Origin: Planctomycetota bacterium | GTDB lineage: Bacteria; Planctomycetota; Planctomycetia; Pirellulales; Lacipirellulaceae | Direction: 5' to 3' | Length of the DNA stretch: 32,111 nucleotides | NCBI GenBank assembly: GCA_039190745.1 | Contig: JBCCXZ010000046.1 | Location: forward strand, 1 to 32,111 | In this document: piece by piece, positions 16,803-24,919 of the stretch | Layout: each line of letters begins with the position of its first letter | Position numbering within the stretch: position 1 is the first letter of the stretch | Notes under the pieces: model-generated | What the model saw: only the letters and a program-made list of their open reading frames with translations | Told to the model about the DNA's origin: nothing | Databases searched by the model: none | Translations under genes and position numbers: made by a program

Positions 16803-18986
16803 CTAGTACTCTTCTTCCTCGGCCAGTGCTTCCGCTTCCGCGGCCTCCGCGGCTGCGGCCTCGGCCTGGGCGCGCTCCTGGGCGATTTGCTGCCGCTCCA
16901 CTGCAGTGGTCGGCGTCCAGCAGAACTGAGCGACAAAATCGTACCGCTTCAGCTCGATAAGCTCCGAGTCCTCGTCATTGGCGCGGGGCCTCGCGGCGCC
17001 GGGGCGGCCCCCGCCTTCGCCTCCGTAGCCCCCGTAACCGCCGCCGCGGCTCGAAGCGCCCGGGCCCCCGAGGTTTCCGTCTGGGTCGAGCAGCTCATCC
17101 CGTAGTTTTTGGCCCTGCACCACCCAGGGGTAGCTGATACCGAAGTCGGAGAAGGGCACCTCAACCAGCTCGCCGCCGGGGCCGGTCGGCAGCTCGACCG
17201 AGCCCTCCTCGAGGTTCTTGATCAGCGTGCGATTCACAAAACGAGCGGTCTGGTTCGATTGGTCGGCGTTGTGGTAGTGGTACCCGGTGAGCTGGACGAC
17301 CCACCCCGAACCTTCGGGGCCGGTGACAACCTCTTCTTCCCCGTCGAGGCCTTCTTCATCTGGGCCCCCCGCCGCGTCCGCGTCGCTCGACTCGCTCTTT
17401 GAGCGAGACCCCGCGTAGGCCGACTCGACCTGAGAAAAGTACTCCGAACCAAGGTCTTCGTAGAACTGGGTATCGACCGACGAGATGTGCACCTCCGGCC
17501 GCGACGCGATGTCCTCAGCGGTCTCTTCCCGCTCGTCCGCAGGTCGGGGGTCTTTCGGCATTGCAGCGTCGAGGGCCTTGAAGAGCTCCAGCCATTTCAG
17601 CCGGTCTTCGCCGTTGGCTACGAGGCGATCGCCCGTCTTCTTGATCGTGTCAAAGGCCGAGTGGATCGTCGACTGCTCGCTGGTGTACCCGTTGGCCGTA
17701 GTCTTCACTTGGTCGGCCTTCCGGATCGCGTCGGCCCAAACTTCTTTGGTGTCCGTTTGCTGCCAGGCCGAGACATGCGAGAGGTAATTGACCGAGAGCC
17801 CAGCGAGCAATGCCGCCAAGCCCGCTGCCACCCACGGCTTCTTGGCCCGGATCAGCCGCGTGCGGACGATCTCCTCGGGCAGCAGGTTCGTCTTCAGCGC
17901 ACCCTTCTGAAGCCCCTGCACGCACAGGCCGTACGCCACCGCGAAGCTCAGTGTGTTCTCTTTAAACTGCGAGCCAGCCGTGGTGCTGCCCCCGGAGAGC
18001 CGCTCGAAGCTCTCGATCGGCGTCACCTCTTGCTCCAGGTTCTGCGAGAGGTACCGCTGCAACCCGGGCAGCTTCATCGCATTGCCCAGGGTGATGACCT
18101 GCTCGATCTTCGCGGCCTTGTCGAGGCTCGTGAAATAGCCCAAAGATCGCTGGATCTCTGACAGTAAGTCGCTAAAGACCGGCCGCATCGCCTGGAATAC
18201 CGCCTTCGGGTCCTCGGCCTCGGTTGCGTTCCGCTTCAGGTGTTCGGCCTTCACGAACGTCAGCTTCAGCTCTTTGCTCAAAGCCCGCGTGAAGTGGTTC
18301 CCGCCGATCGGGATGTTCCGCTGCCACACCCGGTAGCCGTTGGTTACCACCAGGTCGGTCGTGTCGGTACCCAGCGAGATGACCACCGTAGAGGGCGGGG
18401 GGCTCTGCGGGTCGTAGGGCGTCCCTTCGAGGTCCTCGAACCGGTCGAAGCAGACGTAGTTGTAGATCGCCAGCGGCGTGAGCTGGATGAGATCGACTTC
18501 GATGCCGGCGATCTCCAGCGGCTCAAGGGCCCGGCCGACCTGATCGCGCTTCATCGCGAAGATGCCCACTTCGGGCTCAAGCGCGAAGCCGTCCTCTTCA
18601 CTGCCGCCATAAAGCTGTTGGTAGTCCCACACCACGTCTTCTAAGGCAAACGGAATCTGCTGCCGCGCCTCGTACTTGACGATGTCCGGGATTTTCTTCG
18701 ACTCGACCGGCGGCAGTTTGATGAACCGCGCCAGCCCGCTCTGACCGGCGACCGAGATGCAAACCGAGTCGCCCACGAGCTCGTTCCGCGAGACGAACTG
18801 CTCAAGGGCCTCGCGGACCAGTTCCTCGGGCTCCGCTTCGGGTTGCGTGAGGATCTGTGGGTACTCGATGTAGTCGAACGCCTCGACCACCATCAGCTGC
18901 GGCTCTTTCTCGTGGGGGCGGCAGCGCAGCGCCTTCAGTGCGCACTGCCCGATATCGATGCCCCAAACGGCGTTGCTCTTAGCCAT
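16803..18986 (-). CDS. pilM: Type IV pilus assembly protein PilM fused to a PilN-like membrane/periplasmic region, 727 aa
   Basis: VWGIDIG, RFIKLPPV, YEARQQIPFALEDVVWDY, IPIGGNHFT, EIQRSLGYF, FAVAYGL; then TNLLP, a TM helix and a long C-terminal domain. Confidence 0.9.
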   Translation of the reverse strand: MAKSNAVWGIDIGQCALKALRCRPHEKEPQLMVVEAFDYIEYPQILTQPEAEPEELVREALEQFVSRNELVGDSVCISVAGQSGLARFIKLPPVESKKIPDIVKYEARQQIPFALEDVVWDYQQLYGGSEEDGFALEPEVGIFAMKRDQVGRALEPLEIAGIEVDLIQLTPLAIYNYVCFDRFEDLEGTPYDPQSPPPSTVVISLGTDTTDLVVTNGYRVWQRNIPIGGNHFTRALSKELKLTFVKAEHLKRNATEAEDPKAVFQAMRPVFSDLLSEIQRSLGYFTSLDKAAKIEQVITLGNAMKLPGLQRYLSQNLEQEVTPIESFERLSGGSTTAGSQFKENTLSFAVAYGLCVQGLQKGALKTNLLPEEIVRTRLIRAKKPWVAAGLAALLAGLSVNYLSHVSAWQQTDTKEVWADAIRKADQVKTTANGYTSEQSTIHSAFDTIKKTGDRLVANGEDRLKWLELFKALDAAMPKDPRPADEREETAEDIASRPEVHISSVDTQFYEDLGSEYFSQVESAYAGSRSKSESSDADAAGGPDEEGLDGEEEVVTGPEGSGWVVQLTGYHYHNADQSNQTARFVNRTLIKNLEEGSVELPTGPGGELVEVPFSDFGISYPWVVQGQKLRDELLDPDGNLGGPGASSRGGGYGGYGGEGGGRPGAARPRANDEDSELIELKRYDFVAQFCWTPTTAVERQQIAQERAQAEAAAAEAAEAEALAEEEEY

Positions 18987-19527
18987 CCGCAGAAACCTCT
19001 GTTCCAATCGTCGCCGAGCCCTCGGCGACGTACTCTGTTGCCGTGTCGCCCCGTCACCGTATTGCCCGTGCCCGTCGCGGGAGGGCTTACCTCACCGGCC
19101 ACGACGTCATCGGCAAGCGGTTTGGCCGGCTGCCGCCGTAGACGCGGCTAAACTGCAAAATCAAAGCCGACCGTGAGTGCGCGGGGCGTACGATGAACCG
19201 TGCTGCCTCTCAACTCTCTAATCAAACTGTAGAGCCGGCCGAGCAAGCGTCAATCCAGCGAGCAGAAGCTCGCCGCACGCCTCGCTTTGCCGATTCTACC
19301 CGGTTCCTATTCTACTTGGGGCGTTGGATTTGTGTAGAATCCCGGCCCCGGCGGCCGCTACACCGGGCTGGCAAACCGCCGGCGCGGCCGGTCGGCCCCC
19401 GCGGGGTTGCGGTTCCGACCCGCAAGACCGATAAAATGCGAGCGGCCCGCGGCGGGATGCGTGTAGCTTCCGGCCCTGTCCCGCCGGCACTGCCCCGCCG
19501 GCCCCGTCCATCTGGCCCGTCCCTCCA

Positions 19528-19557
19528 GCCCAGAGACCGGCCGCCCAGAGACCGGCC
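19528..19557. repeat. Perfect 15-bp tandem duplication GCCCAGAGACCGGCC x2
   Basis: Read directly: 19528-19542 equals 19543-19557. Confidence 0.9.
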
Positions 19558-19574
19558 GAGGCCCCCGCGAAAAG

Positions 19575-20228
19575 ATGATCGTCACCATCGATGGCCCCGC
19601 CGGAGCCGGCAAGAGCAGCGCCGCCCGCGCCCTCGCCCAACGCCTCGGCTTCCGATTCCTCGACACCGGAGCCCTCTACCGCGCCGTCACCCTCGCGGCC
19701 AAGCGGGACGGCGTCGACTGGCAGAGCCCCGATCAACTCCTCAAGGTCGCCTGCTCCATCTCAGTCGACCTCACCGACAACAGCGTGCTTCTCAACGGCG
19801 AGGATGTCACCAAAGAGCTCCGCTCGCTCGAGATCACCACGCTTACCCGCCACGCGGCCGACCATGTCGGCGTCCGCCAAAAACTCACCGGCTGGCAGCG
19901 GCAGCTCGCCGAGGGCAGCCACTGCGTCACTGAGGGGCGTGATCAGGCGACCGAGGTCTTCCCCGACGCACAGTGCAAGGTGTTCCTCACTGCCTCCGAA
20001 GGAGTCCGGGCCGAACGGCGGTTCAACGACCTCATCGCCCGCGGCGAGCAAGTCACCCGCGAAGAGGTCCTCGAAAAACAGCGTGCCCGTGACGCCCGTG
20101 ACACCGAACGCGGCGTCGGCGGCCTGCACAAGACGCCCGACTCGATTGAGATTTCGACCGACGGCCTGACCCAGGACGAGGTCGTCGATGTGCTGGAAGG
20201 ACTGGTCAAAGAGAGACTGCCGGGCTAA
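19575..20228 (+). CDS. cmk: Cytidylate kinase
   Basis: MIVTIDGPAGAGKSS, LDTGALYRAV, VTEGRD...VFPDA..KVFLTAS..RAERR, RDARD. Confidence 0.97.
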   Translation: MIVTIDGPAGAGKSSAARALAQRLGFRFLDTGALYRAVTLAAKRDGVDWQSPDQLLKVACSISVDLTDNSVLLNGEDVTKELRSLEITTLTRHAADHVGVRQKLTGWQRQLAEGSHCVTEGRDQATEVFPDAQCKVFLTASEGVRAERRFNDLIARGEQVTREEVLEKQRARDARDTERGVGGLHKTPDSIEISTDGLTQDEVVDVLEGLVKERLPG

Positions 20229-20266
20229 GTGCTTCCAGCCCGGCGTGTACGACTGAGTAACGCAGG

Positions 20267-20956
20267 ATGAGCCAAGCAGAAGCCGCCAAGCCACAAACCG
20301 CTCCCGAATGGCCGCCTGCGCCCAGGCGTACCCTCTGGTACCGCACCGTGGTTGCAACCCTCCGGCTTGTCAGCGCCGTTTTCTTCCCCACACGTATCAC
20401 GGGCCAAGAGCACCTCCCCCAGCGCGGCCCGGTGCTGGTTCTCTGCAACCACGTCAGCTACCTAGACGCGGTCCTAGCGGCTTTCAGCTGCAACCGCCCC
20501 CTTAAATGCTTGGCCCGCAAGGGGCTATTCGTAGGCCCGTTCGCGACGCTGATCCGCTCGCTTGGAGCGATGCCGGTCGACCAGGAAGGCTCGGCCCTGG
20601 GCGGCATCAGAGCCGGGATGAAGGTCCTCAAAGAGGGCCACGCCCTACTGATCTTCCCCGAGGGCGGCCGCAGCGAAGACGGCCAGCTCCAGCCGCTGAT
20701 GCCCGGTTTCCTGCCGCTCATGAAACGCAGCAATGCCAGCGTGCTGCCCATCGCCGTTGCCGGAGCCTTCGAGGCCTGGCCCCGCTCGCGTACCCTGCCC
20801 CGCCCCGGCCGGCTGCAGGTTTCGGTCGGACCGGTCCTCACCCCGAGAGACTTTGAGGGCATGGCCGATGAACAACGCTTGCAGCTTGTCTCAGACCGCC
20901 TCGCCGCCGAATTCGAGGCCGCAGTCTCCGCCCTTCACAAACGCCAAGGGCGTTGA
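20267..20956 (+). CDS. plsC: 1-acyl-sn-glycerol-3-phosphate (lysophospholipid) acyltransferase
   Basis: NHVSYLD (HX4D) and IFPEGGRS motifs; located between cmk and rpsA. Confidence 0.9.
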   Translation: MSQAEAAKPQTAPEWPPAPRRTLWYRTVVATLRLVSAVFFPTRITGQEHLPQRGPVLVLCNHVSYLDAVLAAFSCNRPLKCLARKGLFVGPFATLIRSLGAMPVDQEGSALGGIRAGMKVLKEGHALLIFPEGGRSEDGQLQPLMPGFLPLMKRSNASVLPIAVAGAFEAWPRSRTLPRPGRLQVSVGPVLTPRDFEGMADEQRLQLVSDRLAAEFEAAVSALHKRQGR

Positions 20957-20958
20957 GC

Positions 20959-20996
20959 TCCAAAGCTGCTTCGGGATTCCAAAGCCGCTTCGGGAT
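20959..20996. repeat. 19-bp tandem repeat TCCAAAGC[T/C]GCTTCGGGAT x2
   Basis: 20959-20977 and 20978-20996 differ at one base. Confidence 0.9.
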
Positions 20997-21043
20997 GAGG
21001 GTAGAACGGCTGCAAAGGCTCGCCGAATCAACACTTAGGCTGA

Positions 21044-21072
21044 TTGTGCCTGCCCGCCGATACTGTTAAACT
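21044..21072 (+). promoter_or_regulatory. Candidate rpsA promoter
   Basis: TTGTGC-N17-TAAACT with extended -10 TG at 21064-21065. Confidence 0.55.
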
Positions 21073-21203
21073 CTCGGATTCGTTGAAGTCCGCCCGCCGG
21101 CGGTAGGCACGTTCCTTCCTCTAACCCCGTGGCACCCGTCCCAACCGCAGCCCTGCCCCACACGCGACTGGCTGCTTCGGACCGCCCCCGTTCTGATTCC
21201 TCC

Positions 21204-23108
21204 ATGGTCAACCGCAATCTCATTCGTGAATTCGATGTCTCCGAAGAAGACTGGACCGACGCCATCGGCGACCTTGCCGTAGACGACGTCAGCTGGCTCG
21301 GCGGCGAAGACGTCGACGTCAACCAGATCGTTGAAGGCAAGATCATCCGCATCGACGACGAGTTCGTCCTGATCGATGTCGGTTACAAGAGCGAGGGGAC
21401 CATCCCCCTCAACGAGTGGGAGGAAGAGGAAGAACAGCCCGAGGTCGGCCAGACCATCCGGGTGCTCGTGGAAGACGTCGAAGACGCCGTGGGCCGCGTC
21501 GACGACCGCGGCATGATCGTTCTCAGCAAGCGCAAAGCCGAGAAGATCGAGAAGTGGCTCAAGGTCATGGAGACCGTCAACGAGGGCGACGTCGTCTCCG
21601 GCCAGGTCACCCGCAAGATCAAGGGCGGCCTGCTCGTGGACATCGGCGTGAGCGTCTTCCTGCCGGCCAGCCAGGTCGACATCCGCCGCCCGCACGACAT
21701 CGGCGAGTACATCGACAAGACCATCGAGTGCATGGTCCTCAAGATCGACGAGGCCCGCCGCAACATTGTCGTCAGCCGCCGCAGCCTCATTGAGGCCCAG
21801 CGGGCCGAGAAGAAAGCCCACCTGCTCAAGGAGCTCGAGGTCGGCCAGACCCGCAAGGGCATCGTCAAGAACATCGCCGACTTCGGCGCCTTCGTCGACC
21901 TCGGCGGCATCGACGGCCTGCTGCACATCACCGACATGAGCTGGGGGCGCATCAACCACCCCTCCGAGATGGTCAAGATCGACGACGAACTCGAGGTGAT
22001 GGTCCTCCACATCGACTACGAGAAGGAAAAAATCGCCCTCGGCCTGAAGCAGAAGTCTGCCAGCCCGTGGGAGAACGTCGGCACCAAGTACCCGGTCGGC
22101 TCGACCATCAAGGGCACCGTCGTGAACGTCATGAGCTACGGCGCCTTCGTCAAGCTCGAAGACGGCATCGAGGGCCTCGTGCACATCAGCGAGATGTCTT
22201 GGACCAAGCGCATCAGCCACCCCAGCGAGCTGGTGAACATCGACGACGTGATCGACGTGGTCGTCCTCCGCATCGACGAGCAGAAGCAGGAGATCTCCCT
22301 CGGCATGAAGCAGACCCAGGCCAACCCCTGGGAGAAAGTGGCCGGCAAGTACCCCGCCGGCAGCATGGTTAAGGGACGCGTCCGCAACCTCACCAACTAC
22401 GGCGCCTTCATCGAGATCGAAGAAGGCATCGACGGCCTCCTGCACGTCAGCGACATGTCTTGGACCCGCAAAATCAGCCACCCCAGCGAGGTGGTCGAGA
22501 AGGGCCAGGAACTCGAGTGCAAAGTGCTCTCGGTCGACCAAGAACGCCGCCGCATCGCGTTGGGACTCAAGCAGCTCGACGAAGACCCCTGGGCAACCGA
22601 CATCCCCGACCGTTACCAGCAGGGCCAGCTCGTCAAAGGCAACGTCACCAAGATCACCAACTTCGGCGTCTTCGTCGGATTGGAAGACGGCCTCGAAGGC
22701 CTGCTCCACATCTCGGAGCTTGCCGAGCACAAAGTGGAGAACCCACAAGAGGTCGTGAACGTTGGCGACGAGCTCGAGGTGAAAATCCTCCGTGTCGACT
22801 CCGAAGAGCGGAAGATCGGGCTATCCCGCAAGCGTGTCGAGTGGGCCGAGGAAGACATGGCCGAGGAGGCCGCCTCCGGCGCCACGGTGCCGCCGCGTGA
22901 AGCCTCTGGCGACCTCAAGGGCGGAGTCGGCGGCGACTCCGGCCCGCTGTTCAAAGCGCCCTCCGCCGACGAACCCGCCGCGGAAGAATCGGCAAGCGAC
23001 GAGACTCCGGCCGAAGAAACTCCGGCCGAAGAGGTTGCGGAAGAGAAGCCGGCTGAGGAAGAGCCCAAGCCCGAAGAAGCCGCACAACCGGCTCAAGGCG
23101 AGGCCTAG
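21204..23108 (+). CDS. rpsA: 30S ribosomal protein S1 (six S1 domains plus acidic tail)
   Basis: Six S1 repeats (VGYKSEG; KGGLLVDIG; FGAFVDLGGIDGLLHI; YGAFV..EGLVHISE; YGAFI..DGLLHVSD; FGVFV..EGLLHISE). Start placed at ATG 21204 (MVNRNLIREF). Confidence 0.97.
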   Translation: MVNRNLIREFDVSEEDWTDAIGDLAVDDVSWLGGEDVDVNQIVEGKIIRIDDEFVLIDVGYKSEGTIPLNEWEEEEEQPEVGQTIRVLVEDVEDAVGRVDDRGMIVLSKRKAEKIEKWLKVMETVNEGDVVSGQVTRKIKGGLLVDIGVSVFLPASQVDIRRPHDIGEYIDKTIECMVLKIDEARRNIVVSRRSLIEAQRAEKKAHLLKELEVGQTRKGIVKNIADFGAFVDLGGIDGLLHITDMSWGRINHPSEMVKIDDELEVMVLHIDYEKEKIALGLKQKSASPWENVGTKYPVGSTIKGTVVNVMSYGAFVKLEDGIEGLVHISEMSWTKRISHPSELVNIDDVIDVVVLRIDEQKQEISLGMKQTQANPWEKVAGKYPAGSMVKGRVRNLTNYGAFIEIEEGIDGLLHVSDMSWTRKISHPSEVVEKGQELECKVLSVDQERRRIALGLKQLDEDPWATDIPDRYQQGQLVKGNVTKITNFGVFVGLEDGLEGLLHISELAEHKVENPQEVVNVGDELEVKILRVDSEERKIGLSRKRVEWAEEDMAEEAASGATVPPREASGDLKGGVGGDSGPLFKAPSADEPAAEESASDETPAEETPAEEVAEEKPAEEEPKPEEAAQPAQGEA

Positions 23109-23136
23109 GCTACGCGATTCTCAACCTGAACCCACC

Positions 23137-23171
23137 AGGGCGCGCGGGCACGACCCGTGGCGCCCTTTTTT
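23137..23171 (+). terminator. Rho-independent terminator of rpsA
   Basis: AGGGCGC-GCGGG-cacga-CCCGT-g-GCGCCCT stem whose 3' end runs into a six-T tract (23166-23171). Confidence 0.8.
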
Positions 23172-23303
23172 CTGCTACGTTCCGGAACCCACGCACATTC
23201 GCTGCACGGCAACGGATCGGCCACGTTCTAGAGTGCCTACGCAAGCGGCGTCGATGACACACGCATCGCCCCCGCTCCACGCACTCCCCACGCGCCGACC
23301 GCC

Positions 23304-24161
23304 ATGCCGACCCAGACCAAATCCCGCCGCACCTCCGACGGCGCGGTTCAATCTCCGCTGGAGACCTACCTCCGCGAGATCAACGAGACCGCCCTGCTGA
23401 CCGCCGCGGAAGAGCGCGAGCTCGCCACCCGCATCGGCGAGGGCGACACCGCGGCCCGCGACCGAATGGTCCGCGCCAACCTCCGCCTGGTGGTCAACAT
23501 CGCCCGCGGCTATTCGGGCAAGGGCCTGAGCCTGCAAGACCTGATCGAAGAGGGCAACCTCGGTCTGCTGCGGGCCGTCGAGGGCTTCGACCCCGGCGTC
23601 GGCACCCGCTTCAGCACCTACGCCAGCTACTGGATCAAGCAGTCCATCAAGCGTGCCTTGATCAACACGGGCAAAACAATCCGCATCCCCGCCTACATGG
23701 TCGAGCTGCTCTCCAAGTGGCGGCGGGCCACGGCGCGGCTCACCGAGGAGCTCGACCGCACGCCCACGCCGGAAGAAATCGCCCGCGTGCTCGGCCTGCC
23801 CAAGAAGAAGCTGCCGATCATCAAGAAGGCTATCAAGATCTACAACGCCACGCCCCAGACCGACCAGACCGAGGCCGGCTGGACCCTGGGCGACATGATC
23901 ACCGACGAGCGGCAGCTCAGCCCCGACGACGCCCTGGTCGAGAGCGACAGCCTCCGCCACGTCCTCGAGATGCTCAGCACGATGGACGAACGCGAGGCCG
24001 CCGTGCTCCGCATGCGGTTCGGCCTCGACAACGAGCAGCCGCAGACGCTCAAAGAGATCGGCGAACGCCTCGGCCTCACCCGCGAACGGGTCCGGCAGAT
24101 CGAGAACGAAGCGCTCAACCGCATGGCCGAGAGCATGCAGGACCCGCGCGACCGGCGCTAG
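23304..24161 (+). CDS. Sigma70-family factor, RpoD/RpoS-like, lacking region 1.1 (group 2-like)
   Basis: Region 1.2 (LETYLREI..TALLT..EE), region 2 (ANLRLVVNIARGY, DLIEEGNLGL, RFSTYASYWIKQSI), region 3, region 4 (TLKEIG..LGLTRERVRQIE). Confidence 0.95.
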   Translation: MPTQTKSRRTSDGAVQSPLETYLREINETALLTAAEERELATRIGEGDTAARDRMVRANLRLVVNIARGYSGKGLSLQDLIEEGNLGLLRAVEGFDPGVGTRFSTYASYWIKQSIKRALINTGKTIRIPAYMVELLSKWRRATARLTEELDRTPTPEEIARVLGLPKKKLPIIKKAIKIYNATPQTDQTEAGWTLGDMITDERQLSPDDALVESDSLRHVLEMLSTMDEREAAVLRMRFGLDNEQPQTLKEIGERLGLTRERVRQIENEALNRMAESMQDPRDRR

Positions 24162-24284
24162 CGTACGACGCATTTCGGCTACGCCAAAAGCGTCGAATCC
24201 TTCGATCGCAACAACGCCGATCAACCGCGCGACCCGCGCAATGCGTACGAATCAACGATGCTGCAATAGTTGAGCACAAACTTG

Positions 24285-24315
24285 TTTGACGATGTCAAAA
24301 TCGTCTGCCTAGTAT
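24285..24315 (+). promoter_or_regulatory. Candidate sigma70 promoter with a palindrome over the -35
   Basis: TTGACG (24286-24291)-N18-TAGTAT (24310-24315); palindrome TTTGAC-gat-GTCAAA at 24285-24299. Confidence 0.45.
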
Positions 24316-24388
24316 CGATGCGTCGCCGGTGAAAACCGCCGCGGCAGCGCTCCCCGCCGCTGCAATTCTCCTCCCGCTAGTTTTCACG

Positions 24389-24817
24389 ATGCACACCCTG
24401 AAGCGTGCGGCCGCCGCCGCCATCCTCGCGGCGACCGCTGTGGATTGCCTGGCTCAGGACACCGAGGCCCCGGTCTACGTACGCCGGGGTCTGACAACCG
24501 GTCCGCGCTACCATGCCGGTCCGTTTGCTGCCGGGCAATCCCCTTTCGGAGTCGCAGGCCCCTACGGCGGCGGCTTCCACCCGGGCTTCGTGGGGCCGGT
24601 CTTTCCGCCCTACTGGGGATTTGGCTTCGGCGGCGTCGCCACCCAAGGCAACTTCCGCGGGTACACCTACTCGCGGCCCTATCCCACCCACCTCGACTGG
24701 CAGGCGGTCCGCTTGAGGGCGCCGCACCTTAATGGCCCCGGGCACTTCCACGGCTACGCCGATCCCGCTGCTTGGGGGTTGCCGGTGATCGAAGAGCCCG
24801 CGGTGCTCTCCGAGTAG
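24389..24817 (+). CDS. Small exported Gly/Pro/aromatic-rich hypothetical protein, 142 aa
   Basis: ATG 24389 gives a signal-peptide-like start (MHTLKRAAAAAILAATAVDCLA|Q). Fills the gap between the sigma gene and bamA. Confidence 0.65.
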   Translation: MHTLKRAAAAAILAATAVDCLAQDTEAPVYVRRGLTTGPRYHAGPFAAGQSPFGVAGPYGGGFHPGFVGPVFPPYWGFGFGGVATQGNFRGYTYSRPYPTHLDWQAVRLRAPHLNGPGHFHGYADPAAWGLPVIEEPAVLSE

Positions 24818-24919
24818 AGGTTCTAGAACGTACGTCACCGAAGCGTAGCGGATTGTTCGTCAATTTGATCGGGATACACGCCGCCGGAAACGCTACACGT
24901 CTGTGCGACACGCACTAGC

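Noticed and set aside
21066..22748. 560-aa minus-strand ORF, and similar long shadows (624-1556, 3187-4365, 23175-24224, 26411-28201, 27937-29436)
   Set aside because: Antisense to clearly identified genes. Long stop-free shadow frames are expected in high-GC coding DNA, and they show no recognisable motifs.
22960..23105. Acidic ETPAEE-type repeats at the S1 C-terminus
   Set aside because: Variable acidic tails are common on S1; the short duplication looks like ordinary slippage.
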